Origin: Eledone cirrhosa | Taxonomy: Eukaryota | Assembly: GCA_964016885.1 (NCBI GenBank) | Contig: OZ024759.1 | Location: 28,272,001 to 28,336,000 of the forward strand | Length of the DNA stretch: 64,000 nucleotides | Direction: 5' to 3' | In this document: one piece after another, positions 1-13,963 of the stretch | Layout of the letters: each line of letters starts with the position of its first letter | How positions within the stretch are numbered: the first letter of the stretch is position 1 | The notes under the pieces: generated by a model | Databases searched by the model: none | Told to the model about the DNA's origin: nothing | The model's input: the letters and a program-made list of their open reading frames with translations, nothing else | Made by a program: the position numbers and the translations under genes

Positions 1-121
1 AAATATATATACACTCTCACACACATACATGTATATCTATCTATCTATCTATATATATATATATATATATAAATATATATACACTCTCACACACATACAT
101 GTATATCTATCTATCTATCTA

Positions 122-163
<42 letters not shown>

Positions 164-330
164 TATATACACTCTCGCACACATACATGTATATCTATCT
201 ATATATATATATATATATATATAGATATAGATATACATGTACATATATATACATAGATATACACATACGTGTATATCTATATCTATATAATATATATATA
301 CACATCCATATGTGTATGTTTGTGTGAGAG

Positions 331-367
<37 letters not shown>

Positions 368-775
368 AGATGATAAATATATATCTTCTATACAGACACA
401 CCATAGAAGTAAACTTGAGTGCATAAATGTGAATATAAATGAAGACATTGTAACATGCCACATATAGCTGTTTCTCTGTAGAATGAGAAAATGCTAAATA
501 CTTTTAACTGGTTTTCAAGCTTGGTTAGGTTTTCATCAGTACGCATGAGATGAATAGTATCTAAACATATCACAAGGAAATACATAATCAAAGGGCTTAT
601 ATACTCTATCCCTTACATTATTAGCTCCCATGTTGATAGTTAACTGAGGTCTATGTGAAGGTGTACAGCCGATGCATACATACATGCATATATGCATACA
701 TGATTATTGTATATATATGTATATATATATACACATATATATATATGTGTGTGTGTATTTGTTTGCGTGTATGCA

Positions 776-836
<61 letters not shown>

Positions 837-908
837 TGTGTGCGTGTATGTGTTTGTGTATGCGTACGCGTATATATATGTGTGTGTGTATTTGTGTGCG
901 TGTATGCA

Positions 909-940
<32 letters not shown>

Positions 941-1111
941 ATTTGTGTGCGTGTATGTGTTTGTGTATGCGTACGCGTATATATATGTGTGTGTGTGTGT
1001 TTATTTATATAACGTAGATCAAACATAAAGTGAAAATTATGTGCTGCGAGTGTTTCTTTCTATTGACAATGTTGGCAACATGACCATCCCCAAATATAAC
1101 AATATATATTT

Positions 1112-1152
<41 letters not shown>

Positions 1153-1254
1153 CTCAAAATATGAGGAAATAATAGACAAAAAGATACCTATTTCTTCTTC
1201 AAAGTCCCGACTGCAGTTTCGCCGATCCGTGTGCAACGTTTCCCTGCACTATAA

Positions 1255-1291
<37 letters not shown>

Positions 1292-2130
1292 ATTCTCGTT
1301 AATTCCGGAGCTGAAATTCGATTCTCGCTAATTTTTACTTATATATATATATATATTTAATACAATAACAGAGATAGTTTAAAGCTAAACTCTGACTGGT
1401 AACCATCTCACTCAACAAACATTAGGTTATATTAAAATATAAACCCAATTTAAGTGTTTGGGGTGCTAACAATATGTATAATGTGGAAAAACCAGTTGTA
1501 TTATTTTATGAGATATAATTAAAGTTATTTATTACTTTACAGAAACTAGATGATGTTGGAAGTCAGACAAAATTACAATTGTTTACAAAATATAAAATAA
1601 ATAATGTTGATTCCACCGATTAATATTAATATATCGAACTGCAATTACAAGATTCTGTGTAGAGAGAAAGTTTGTAAGAAGAGACTTACAAGTCATTATG
1701 TAATATATTGTTATTTACATTATATATCCCTGTATGGAGAGTAAGCTAGATAGAAGATTTAGGTGTTTTAGTCTGATTATTATATATAAGACACTGTAAT
1801 ATAAAGAGGTATTTTTTGGTTTGTTCTATTATGTATTTCTGAAAGTTAGAGAAATATAAACCCTCAGATGTAATGTTAACACTAACTGGTTTACTTGAAA
1901 TATTTTGCTTCAAATTCCTTTTGCTGAAAACTTATGACTGCATCACAGCACACGTCATATAAATTATGATGTATCTCAAATATTATGGCGCTATTCCTAT
2001 TGGATACGAGCATTATATCCAGTGAACTGTATAACTAGAATCAGAAACGTTTATGATTTATACACCTTCATGCGATTATTTACATTTATAGTGGATAAAA
2101 TTAACCACAGTGTATTACTGGTACTAGTTT

Positions 2131-2167
<37 letters not shown>

Positions 2168-2385
2168 ATCCTATTTTATCCAGTGAATCGTGTAACCAGA
2201 ATCAGTAACATTTATTATCTATACACGTTCACTCTACACGAGGCCTGTATATACTCGTTAGAATGAACCACAGTGCGTTACTGGTACTTCATATAGTGAC
2301 CCTGACGGTTTGACAAATTTAATCCAATTTCATACATATAATACATTATGTCAAATCTAAAAAAGTTATTTTGAAATTTATACTT

Positions 2386-3565
2386 TGTTACTCCAAAGAC
2401 CCTTGGGTCTTTGGAGTAACATTGGAGTAACAGTAGAGATCGGAGATCAGATAGTCACTCCAGGTAGAGCTGCTGTTGGAGTAACAGTGTAGAGATCGGA
2501 GATCAGAGAGTCACTCCAGGTAGAGCTGCTGTTGGAGTAACATTGGAGTAACAGTGTAGAGATCGGAGATCAGAGAGTCACTCCAGGTAGAGCTGCTGTT
2601 GGAGTAACATTGGAGTAACAGTAGAGATCGGAGATCAGAGAGTCACTCCAGGTAGAGCTGCTGTTGGAGTAACATTGGAGTAACAGTGTAGAGATCGGAG
2701 ATCAGAGAGTCACTCCAGGTAGAGCTGCTGTTGGAGTAACATTGGAGTAACAGTAGAGATCGGAGATCAGAGAGTCACTCCAGGTAGAGCTGCTGTTGGA
2801 GTAACATTGGAGTAACAGTAGAGATCGGACATCAGAGAGTCACTCCAGGTAGAGCTGCTGTTGGAGTAACATTGGAGTAACAGTGTAGAGATCGGAGATC
2901 AGAGAGTCACTCCAGGTAGAGCTGCTGTTGGAGTAACATTGGAGTAACAGTAGAGATCGGACATCAGATAGTCACTCCAGGTAGAGCTGCTGTTGGAGTA
3001 ACATTGGAGTAACAGTGTAGAGATCGGAGATCAGAGAGTCACTCCAGGTAGAGCTGCTGTTGGAGTAACATTGGAGTAACAGTAGAGATCGGAGATCAGA
3101 GAGTCACTCCAGGTAGAGCTGCTGTTGGAGTAACATTGGAGTAACAGTGTAGAGATCGGAGATCAGAGAGTCACTCCAGGTAGAGCTGCTGTTGGAGTAA
3201 CATTGGAGTAACAGTAGAGATCGGACATCAGAGAGTCACTCCAGGTAGAGCTGCTGTTGGAGTAACATTGGAGTAACAGTGTAGAGATCGGAGATCAGAG
3301 AGTCACTCCAGGTAGAGCTGCTGTTGGAGTAACAGTAGAGATCGGAGATCAGAGAGTCACTCCAGGTAGAGCTGCTGTGGGAGTAACAGTGTAGAGATCG
3401 GGGATCAGAGAGTCACTCCAGGTAGAGCTGCTGTTGGAGTAACATTGGAGTAACAGTGTAGAGATCGGAGATCAGAGAGTCACTCCAGGTAGAGCTGCTG
3501 TTGGAGTAACATTGGAGTAACAGTGTAGAGATCGGAGATCAGAGAGTCACTCCAGGTAGAGCTGC
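2386..3565 (+). repeat. Minisatellite, about 18 units of 54-67 bp (mostly alternating 65/67), headed by a perfect hairpin
   Basis: Unit TTGGAGTAACA-TTGGAGTAACA-(GT)GTAGAGATCGGAGATCAGAGAGTCACTCCAGGTAGAGCTGCTG. Hairpin TGTTACTCCAAAGACCC-TT-GGGTCTTTGGAGTAACA at 2386-2421. Confidence 0.9.
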
Positions 3566-3915
3566 CTGTACTCTGAATTGAGAGATTACAGCTCCGATAT
3601 TACAGACATGCCATTAGAATGTCTCAGGAAAGAATCGCTAGACAGATTTTACGGCCAAAACCAACCGGTAGGAGACCCAGGGGTAGACCCCGGGCAAGAT
3701 AGTTGGATTACATCCATGAGGTTGGCTGGTCTCGCTAGGGGACGCCGCCGGATCAATTGGAGCCGGTTGCTTCTGACAGGACCCGCTGGAAGAAGTGTTT
3801 GAGGACTCTGCTCTCCACGACCCTCTAAGGCACAAGTGGGCGAAGAAGAAGTAGAAGAAGACGAAGAAGGAAGAGGAGAAGAAGAAGAAGAAGAAGAAGA
3901 AGAAGCAGAAGAAGA
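3540..3915 (+). mobile_element. Decayed RTE-like LINE 3' end with (GAA)n tail
   Basis: Conceptual translation ..IERLQLRYYRHAIRMSQERIARQILRPKPTGRRPRGRPRAR*LDYI.. resembles the RTE ORF C-terminus (LRW.GHV.RM...GRP..RW.D), followed by GAA repeats. Confidence 0.7.
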
Positions 3916-4359
3916 TATTTAACAAGATATTTCCTTGAGTCATGTTATCTGTAGCCTAATTACTAACATGACGTCCTGTCAATCAAAAGGTGACGGGTTC
4001 AAGCTTTGTCAAGGGGTGGGTGGTCTGTTGTTCTTTAGAAATATTGGATTAGTAGAATCTCAAGAGCGTCGGATTATTTAAACTGTCATACACATATACA
4101 CACTCACACATTCATACAAGCACACACACACACATACACACATACACACACATACACACAAATATCTCTCTATATATATATTAAATAAGAGAGAACGAAG
4201 TTTTAATTTAATATATTTTTATTCTTCATCAAACGTGACACGTGTTTTACAGATGATCAGCCTGAGGCCTTAATCTATATTGTTAACCTGATTCTGATAT
4301 CGATCTGCACCTCTGACGCGAAGAACAGAATCTAAATATTTTCCATATATATATATATT

Positions 4360-4570
4360 TGTATGTAAGTATGTATGTATACGTACATACATATATGTAT
4401 ACAGACGTACAGTAGTATGTATATATACATACATGCACACATATATATATGCACGTATCGGTTTACCGAACAATTATTACAATGCTCGGTTTGTCCGTTT
4501 GTAAACAAACAAACAGCCCGAATTACGCCGTACAGTGTTTAGGCAACCACGTCACCTTTTTGTTCAACAC
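4360..4570 (-). mobile_element. Diverged, 5'-truncated single copy of the 426-bp family
   Basis: Colinear similarity to the array unit (GACGTACAGTAGTATG...GCACGTAT...CCGAACA...AATGCTCGG...GTAAACAAAC...GCAACCAC...TTTGTTCAACAC) with substitutions and indels. It stops within the extended stem I and runs into (TA)n. Confidence 0.8.
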
Positions 4571-4588
4571 ATATTTGTACATATACAC

Positions 4589-4659
<71 letters not shown>

Positions 4660-4747
4660 TATATATATATATATGAGTGTGTGTATGTATATATATATAT
4701 ATATACATACATATGTATATATACATATACACACATATATATGTATG

Positions 4748-4840
<93 letters not shown>

Positions 4841-4843
<3 letters not shown>

Positions 4844-5003
4844 TATCCCGGGTTCAATTGGGGGTAACCACAGTTAGTAAGGTACTCGATGCATAGCAGA
4901 GTATAAAGATCTAATATAAAAATTGCCTTGACAGGACTAGAACTGATGATTTCTCTCGAATGAAACAGTTGTAGTCCTGTAGAAGTCATTTCTATATTAA
5001 ATA
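4841..5003. mobile_element. Family A copy, inverted junction at the hammerhead core (CTGATGA 4943)
   Basis: Homologous to 50616-50819, with the tail on the left. The junction uses a CTG microhomology. A further fragment lies at 58143-58200 (-). Confidence 0.7.
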
Positions 5004-5009
5004 CATATA

Positions 5010-5195
5010 TGTTTAACCCCGACGTCAATGTTTAATCCCGACAGCAGAGCTCAAGCCGTTTCGACGGTTATTTCTGCGAAACGGCTTGAGCTCTGCCGCG
5101 GGGTTAAACATTTTCCTATTACCCACTCTACTACCCTAAGTATTGAGTACTCTAGTGCGTTATGGTCCATCTGGTTCCTTACCACACCTCCTTCG

Positions 5196-5198
<3 letters not shown>
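5010..5198 (+). mobile_element. Family B palindrome-plus-tail element
   Basis: GACAGCAGAGCTCAAGCCGTTTCG...CGAAACGGCTTGAGCTCTGCCG, then the shared tail TATTACCCACTCTACTACCCTAAGTATTGAGTACTC...TTATGGTCCATCTGGTTCCTTACCAC. Confidence 0.8.
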
Positions 5199-5240
<42 letters not shown>

Positions 5241-5511
5241 ACAAACACACGCACACACACACAGCCATGTGTATATGTGAGCGAGTATGTGTCTAATGTG
5301 GACCTCCTTATGTTGAAAATTGACAAGGGAAATAATAACAATCAAACTCCGAACAATGACCAACCTACCAGCTCTCAGCCCCAGGCCTTGATTTAATAAT
5401 TTGATAATGAAAACAATCTGATTAAAATTCACCATATTTACTTTACAGAGCAAATAGTAACTGGGACAAAACAAATATTAAATATTGTAGCTGGATACAC
5501 TTGATATGAAA

Positions 5512-5642
5512 TACGAGAATGGGCTGAGAAGTTTATTGGCTGACTATGAAGGAGTGATGCTAGAGCTGTAAAATCTTGCATGTGTTAATTTCAAATCTTC
5601 TTATGAATATTTCAGTCTTTGATCTTTTCTATGACCCTCGTA
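5512..5642. mobile_element. Probable mariner-type MITE
   Basis: Ends TACGAGAATG.. and ..ACCCTCGTA (TACGAGG-type TIR with TA), about 130 bp. Confidence 0.5.
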
Positions 5643-5648
5643 TACACA

Positions 5649-5760
<112 letters not shown>

Positions 5761-5782
5761 ATATATATATATATATATATAT

Positions 5783-5980
5783 GGGAAAAAGTATGACCCT
5801 GACGGCAGAGCTCAAGCCGTTTCGACGGCTATTTCTGGACACAGAGTCCATAAATAGCTGTCGAAACGGCTTGAGCTCTGCCGTCGGGGTCATACTTTTA
5901 CCCATTACCCACTCTACTACCCTAAGTATTGAGTACTCTGGTGCGTTATGGTCCATCTGGTTCCTTACCACAATTCCTTC

Positions 5981-5983
<3 letters not shown>
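5783..5983 (+). mobile_element. Family B palindrome-plus-tail element in (TA)n
   Basis: About 55-bp arms. Contains the hammerhead 3' half GAAACGGC..GCCGTC-GGGGTC and the shared tail. Confidence 0.85.
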
Positions 5984-6023
<40 letters not shown>

Positions 6024-6074
6024 ATTTCTAACTTTGTACAAGGTCAGCAAATGTTGGGGAAGAGCACTGCTGAT

Positions 6075-6290
6075 TAGATCAATCCAAAGCATTACTGGTA
6101 CTTTACTTTATCGGCCTCGAATGGATGAAAGGCAAAGTTAACCTCAGCGTGATTTGAACTCAGACCATATAAGGATGAAAGGCAAAGCTAGCCTCGACAA
6201 GATTTGAACTTAGAACGTAGATGGACGTAACTCGATGCCATTAAGCCTGTTGACTGATCCTCTACCAATTCTTCCGATCCACTGCCTTTC
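6075..6290 (-). mobile_element. Abundant SINE (octopus-type), with internal duplication
   Basis: ACTGGTACT..GGATGAAAGGCAAAGTTAACCTC..GATTTGAACTCAGA (reverse B box), with the segment duplicated. Confidence 0.7.
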
Positions 6291-6444
6291 AGACAAAGCA
6301 AATATTAAATGCTATAGATGGATACATATGACAGGCCGTAATTTATTATTGAAATAATAATCAGTTTATTTACTTAAAGGGGAAAGGTTGAATTACATTA
6401 TGTTGTCTAATGAAGTCATTACACAGTTAACTGGCAATTATATA

Positions 6445-6503
<59 letters not shown>

Positions 6504-6717
6504 ATATATATGTATGTATATATATATGTATGTATATATATATGTATGTATGTATGTATGTATCTATGTACGTATGTATATATATATATATATGTATGTA
6601 TGAATGTATGTATATATATATATAAAATGCTATATATATGTATATATATATATGTATGTATGAATGTATGTATATATATATATATGTGTATATAGTATTA
6701 TATATATATATAAAATG

Positions 6718-6753
<36 letters not shown>

Positions 6754-7071
6754 CTATATAATATTTAATTTATCTAATTATCTATAATTATAAATATAAA
6801 TTAAATATAAATTAAATATAAATTAAATATAAATCAAATATAAATCAAATACAAATCAAATAAAAATCAAATATAAACCATTCTAACGTATATTTGTATT
6901 AATTCCGTTCCTGGAAAGATTAGGAACAAGATCTTGTTAAAACATTAGTTGTCTTCTTCGTAATGAATAAAATCCAATTTAGAGAGAAAATTGAAGATAA
7001 CGTTCTCAATTAGATTTCTTGTGTGTAATCATTGAATTAAACTATTTCTTGTCTAATATAACTGATATCTA

Positions 7072-7187
<116 letters not shown>

Positions 7188-7242
7188 CTAACATATATAT
7201 ATATATATTTATATATATATATCTAACATATATATATATATA

Positions 7243-7301
<59 letters not shown>

Positions 7302-7383
7302 CATACAGACACACACACACATATATATATATATCTAGTATATATATATATATAGAGAGAGAGAGAGACACACACATACACAG

Positions 7384-7455
<72 letters not shown>

Positions 7456-7475
7456 CATATATATATATATATCTA

Positions 7476-7508
<33 letters not shown>

Positions 7509-7511
7509 CAG

Positions 7512-7548
<37 letters not shown>

Positions 7549-7599
7549 CATATATACACAGAGAGAGCCAGAGTGAGAGAGAGAGAGAGGCACACACAC

Positions 7600-7803
7600 A
7601 CACTGACGGTAATACATTCACATAAACACACACATATATACACACACAGCGTAGCAAATGAACGCCAGTCGCTGATTTGCTGTAGTTTTTTCATCACCCC
7701 GTTTCCTTCCTTATACACACACATACATTCACACAAATACACACACACAGACACACACACCCCCACACACACGGACGGAAATTACTCAAATTTATATATA
7801 GAT
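7600..7803 (+). mobile_element. Possible non-autonomous Helentron/HINE-like element; second copy at about 25990-26183
   Basis: Both copies share GTAGCAAATG.AACGCCA..TTTGCT.TAGTTTTT..CCTTCCTT..(CA)n..ACGGACGGAAATT.CTCAAATTTATA.ATAGAT. Confidence 0.45.
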
Positions 7804-8066
7804 TTAGTTTTAAACCCTAAGATGTTCACTGCTTGTCGCTCCCTCGCCACACACGCACACTTATACGCGTGTGTCGTCTTATACGGTCCATTCAACCATG
7901 TAATCCGTTTAAGCTTCATCGTCGAGTTTACAGGTATTCCATGATATCTACAATCTACTTTCTTTAAAGTATTGAATACTACATTCAATACAATTCTTAC
8001 TAATCGTTTAATATATAAATATATATATAAATATATATATATAAATATATATATATATTTATATAT

Positions 8067-8114
<48 letters not shown>

Positions 8115-8148
8115 ATATATTTAATATATAAATATATATATATATATT

Positions 8149-8274
<126 letters not shown>

Positions 8275-8360
8275 AATATATATATATATTTATATATATA
8301 TATATATAGAAGATCCTGTTAAGGGTAAAAGCAGCTATTCTTTGCTCAAACTTTAATCTG

Positions 8361-8408
<48 letters not shown>

Positions 8409-8654
8409 CGGCGATGAATATACACACATACAAACATATTTATATATATATATTGTGTTCAGTAACAGTTGTTTTGGTTTTAAAAAAGTAGAGTAAGCAG
8501 GAGACAGCTCTCTAAACCCGTAGTATGTACTTAGGATGGAGATTCAGTATAAGAATAACATTAAGAAAGATGCTGTGATTACATAAAGCTTTTATTCATT
8601 ATGTTATGTCTTATATATATATATAAGATGTAACCTAATATAATATAATATAAC

Positions 8655-8720
<66 letters not shown>

Positions 8721-8723
<3 letters not shown>

Positions 8724-8798
8724 CGAAGGAAATGTGGTAAGGAACCAGGTGGACCATAACGTGCCAAAGTACTCAATACTTAGGGTAGTAGAGTGGGT

Positions 8799-8802
<4 letters not shown>
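8721..8802 (-). mobile_element. Family B tail-only fragment in (TA)n
   Basis: Reverse complement of the family B tail. Confidence 0.75.
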
Positions 8803-8835
<33 letters not shown>

Positions 8836-8944
8836 AATGAAAGTTCAGTAGAATCGGAGCTCTGGCTGCGGCCATGCTAACGAATGCAATCCGGAATGTG
8901 CACTAAGAACTCAATAAGGTAGTTTTACCTTATTGAGTAATAAC

Positions 8945-9135
8945 TGTTTCTACGTTAGGCACAAGGCTAGCAATTACCCAGTGCATTACTGGTACTTTAA
9001 TTTATCGACCCCGTAGGGATGAAAAGCAAAGTTAACCTTGGCGGGATTTGAACTCAGAATGGAAAGGGCCGTAACTCTATACGTCAAAGCATGGCGTCCG
9101 ACCCTCTACTAATACTGCCAACCCACCGCTTCTTA
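8945..9135 (-). mobile_element. Abundant SINE copy
   Basis: TTATCGACCCCGTAGGGATGAAAAGCAAAGTTAACCTTGGCGGGATTTGAACTCAGAA. Confidence 0.8.
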
Positions 9136-9237
9136 TTGAGTAATAACATACGTTTAAACAGCTTGATAAATTGAAGACTGCGGCCGGTGAGCCAGCCGCA
9201 AGGACCAAAGCAACGAGAAAAGGATAATCAGGATAAT

Positions 9238-9309
<72 letters not shown>

Positions 9310-9316
<7 letters not shown>

Positions 9317-9968
9317 TAAAATAACAGATTAAAGTTTAAGCAAAGAATCGCTGCTTTCACCCTTAACGGGATCTTCTGAAACTAACAAAGTCAATCTGTA
9401 AACGCAGAAGTGGATATTTAAAAAAAACGTTGCAACCGGAGGAAGACAGGAAGACGATACTTTGGTTCGTGGAAACGTTGCCTTCACAAAGCATACAGGG
9501 AATATGTACTTACCTATGCAAATAAGTAATGGTATAAACATAACATATACTTAGCTACCACATCAAGACGTAAAATATCCACGTATAGATCGTACTATCC
9601 GTTAGGGTATAATGTGAGTCTGTAATACAGGAAAGTTTTGTGCAATTTATGTTTACAAGCCGAAATTGCCTCAGATTGTTTGTTTAAGATGTGGTCTGTG
9701 GCGTAGAGTATTTGCATAGGGAACGTTTCCACGAACCAAAGTATCGTCTTCCTGTCTTCCTCCGGTTGCAACGTTTTTTGAAATATTCACTTCTGCGTTC
9801 ACAGATTGACTTTGTTAGTTTCAGAAGATCCCGTTAAGAGTGAAAGCAGCGATTCTTTGCTTAAACTTTAATCTGTTATTTTAATAAATATTTGCTCTAC
9901 GGTTCTTATATATTTGATATATATTTATCCTTATCGAGCCCTCTTTGGGTTTTAGTCTTCAAATTTAT
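9310..9968. mobile_element. Penelope-like element 3' fragment: two inverted pLTR-like arms around a short internal piece
   Basis: 9310-9520 is the reverse complement of 9708-9890. Each arm has a hammerhead-like fold (AGTTT-CAGAAGA-TCCC..GGGT-GAAAGC..GCTT-AAACT) followed by AATAAA. Internal 9572-9625 reads KISTYRSYYPLGYNVSL*, similar to the PLE GIY-YIG C-terminal I....T..P.GLN motif. Confidence 0.65.
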
Positions 9969-10626
9969 TATTACTATATATATATTTAACATGTGTGTAA
10001 TGTATATTAAGTAATGTAATTACTGTTACTATAATTCCTTTACCAAGATTCCTTGTATTAATATAAGATTTTCTCTGCAACTCATTAACCAATATTCTGT
10101 GAAGTACAGAATCATGGTGAAGTATTAGTAAGCAATCAATGTGATGAATTTACCATTCTTTACATCTAATCGATTAAATCCTGCATGTTATTCTAATAAA
10201 TTGCTAATTTCTATTGATTTATTCTTCAAGGAATCTTGCAATGCCTGCATATCCTCCGCCTTTATCCGCGAGGTGTATCATAAACTATCTGGATAATTAC
10301 ATGCTCGGTTTATGCAATATTTCACTAATGATCGGAGTGTTATAAATTCCTTTTAAAGAGGAGTATAAATAATTGTGTGTGACTCAATCTCTAACAAAGC
10401 ACAGCTTTCTTTCATAATGACATTTTCATAATGACATTTTCATAAGAGAATATTTTAGAAGTTAAGAATGTCACTGATCGTAGTTATGATAGACATATAT
10501 GTACAATTATTAGATACAGATATGTACAATTATTATTATATATATGTGTGTGTACAATTATTATATAAATACATGTACAATTATTAGATACATATATGTA
10601 CAATTATAATATATATATATGTACAA

Positions 10627-11460
10627 TGGCAGTATCGGTAGAGGGTCGGACGGCATGCTTTGACGTATAGAGTTACGGCCCTTGCCATTCTGAGTTCAAA
10701 TCCAGCCAAGGTTAACTTTGCCTTTCATCCTTACGGGGTCGATAAAATAAAGTACCAGTAATGCACTGGGTAATTTCTGGCCTTGTGCCTAACGTAGAAA
10801 CAATTATTATATACATATTTGTACAGAATCGGCAGTATCGGTAGAGGGTCGGACATGCTTTCCAGCATAGTTATGTCCCTTTACGATCTGAGTTCAAATC
10901 CTGCCGAGGGTAACTTTGCCTTTCATCCTTACGGGGTCGATAAAATAAAGTACCAGTAATGCACTGGAATAATTGCTGGCATTGTGCCAAAAGTAGAAAC
11001 AATTATATACATATATGTACAATTATATATATATATATGTACGATAATTATATATATATATATATATATATGTACAATTATATATACATATATGTACAAT
11101 CATAAATGTATTGCTCTTATTATTTTTGGAGGTGCAAGGGCGGTGGATTGGCAGTATCGGTAGAGAGTCGGACGCCATGCTTTGCAGCATAGAGTTATGG
11201 CCCTTTATGATCTGAGATCAAATCCCACCGTGGTTAACTTTGCCTTTCATCAGATAAAATAAAGTACCAGTCACACACTGGGGTCGATTTAATCGACTTC
11301 TCGACTCCCCCAGAATAAATAATTATTTTTGGAGGTGCAGACGAACATAATTTTCCGACAAAAATGACTACTTTTCGACAAAAGATTTTATGCATGCCAA
11401 TCATTATTTTCATCCTTACGGGGTCGATAAAATATAGCACCAGTAATGCACAAGGGTAAT
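10627..11460 (+). mobile_element. Cluster of three SINE copies plus a fragment (10627-10805, 10830-11005, 11140-11320, 11405-11455)
   Basis: Each has GGCAGTATCGGTAGAG..CTGAGTTCAAATCC..TAACTTTGCCTTTCATC..GATAAAATAAAGTACCAGT. Confidence 0.8.
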
Positions 11461-11905
11461 ACACAACCCAAACCAGGAATCGAACCCACAACATTATGCG
11501 CACTGATCAACGCGGTCGGCGCGTATGAAACCCCCCTTTCACATTCAGTGCATTTTATACACAGGCGTTATTAGAGTATTTATTTAGCCAAAACTTTACG
11601 GCGAAACCTTCTATTTTTAAGTTTATTTATTTAGTGGCAATAGAGACAAATCGAGGCCGAGTCTGTGACAGCGTAAACTTTTTGTGTCCTTGGCCCTAGG
11701 ATCACCTCCCTACTCACCACCATCGGCACAGACTTAGCTCGTCCCCAATGCTATTTCTACTGTGTCCACCTTTCTCATAATACATACATACATATGTATA
11801 TATATTATGTATATATATATACATATATATATATACATATACATATACACATATACATATACATATATATATATGTATATGTAGATAGATATATATGTAT
11901 ATATG

Positions 11906-11938
<33 letters not shown>

Positions 11939-11946
11939 ATACACAC

Positions 11947-11979
<33 letters not shown>

Positions 11980-12294
11980 TACAGACACAAACAAACACAC
12001 ACACACACAACACACATATATATATACCCAATGAATTTCCAACCGATAAGGTATGATTTTCATGGGTACGTCTCTATTTATAAAACAAACTTTGTATTTT
12101 ATCTGATGAAAGCGTACCTATGTTGTCTTGCTTACCCTTGAAATATATATAATAAAATAAATATGGTTTTATAAATATAGTTTCCATTTATTTAATATCA
12201 TTGAATAATTACTCCATTAACTGTTGAGTGCTCTAAATCAGTTATAAACATTTATGTTTGTTGGACTTCCAACAAATTAAATGCAACTTCTACT

Positions 12295-12378
<84 letters not shown>

Positions 12379-12513
12379 TTCATTAACCGACATAAGGATA
12401 TGTTTTCCCCACTGTACATCTTTGCATATTCCTTTCAAATATTGATTTACTCATTCATGTTAGCACAGAATGTTTATCTGATGGTATTCTCATTCTCATT
12501 CCTCTACTCCCCG

Positions 12514-12555
<42 letters not shown>

Positions 12556-12584
12556 CCCCTATATATATATATATATATAAATAA

Positions 12585-12668
<84 letters not shown>

Positions 12669-12761
12669 TTCTCTTTCTCTGTCATTATCACACTCCCTCT
12701 TTCCTTTCCTATCACAGGCACACTCGCTTGCTCTCTCTTTCTTTCTCTCGATATATATATA

Positions 12762-12804
<43 letters not shown>

Positions 12805-12849
12805 ATATATATAAATATATATACCTACATATATATATATATATATATG

Positions 12850-12940
<91 letters not shown>

Positions 12941-12963
12941 ATATATTTATATATATACACATA

Positions 12964-13085
<122 letters not shown>

Positions 13086-13605
13086 TATATATATTTATAA
13101 AGTATATTCTATTACACACACTCAGTATCTTTTTCACTCTCGTTATATATATATATATATTCCTTTACGTACAATATATTATATTTTATTAAAAGGATTT
13201 CCACTCTAGTCCCACATTACCGTGTGCTGGAATCAAATTAGATGTTAACTATCATTGTACAATATTGTATTTCGTGACACAATACAGTTTGTATATAGAG
13301 ATTATTTCAGAGTTATACAACACTGTATAATCATATCTGACAGGACATGTTTTCTTGACAAAATAAGACCAAACTGGTTGTCAGTTCGGATTACTACCAG
13401 AAAAACTCCCTAAATTTCCAGTAAATAGCTTTAGATGCTAGCACGTGACACGTGACTGAAACGTTCCCTGATCAATCAGGAATAATTAGGACTTTATATA
13501 TATATATATGAATGAATGTTCGTATGTATGTATGTTTATATGTATATATGCATGCGTGTTTGTATGTATTCGTGCATATATATATGTGCACGAATACGTA
13601 CAAAC

Positions 13606-13651
<46 letters not shown>

Positions 13652-13963
13652 TATTAAGTATGTCCATAGAATCATTTGATAATATATATACACCATTTCC
13701 TCTCCCAGTTACCATAATTGACCACACAAAAAATCAATTAGACCAGGCTATAAGATTAAAAGGCACCTATGAAGAAATAGTAGATAAATAAACGAGAGCA
13801 ATCTCTTCGCGGCCAACCGCCATAGAATATTTATCGAACATTTCAACAGAACCTGGAAATCGATTAAATATACCGTCAACCATACACAATTAAGTATAAA
13901 ATTAAAGTTAGAAGAAATGCATATACACATACCAGGATTAATATATATATATAGTAATAATAA

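Noticed and set aside
4205-4325. Possible hammerhead on the minus strand with long stem II
   Set aside because: Both core segments are degenerate (CAGAGGT, TAAAAC); too weak to call.
13690-13940. Possible retroelement ORF end
   Set aside because: Stops in all plus-strand frames and no motif I can name with confidence.
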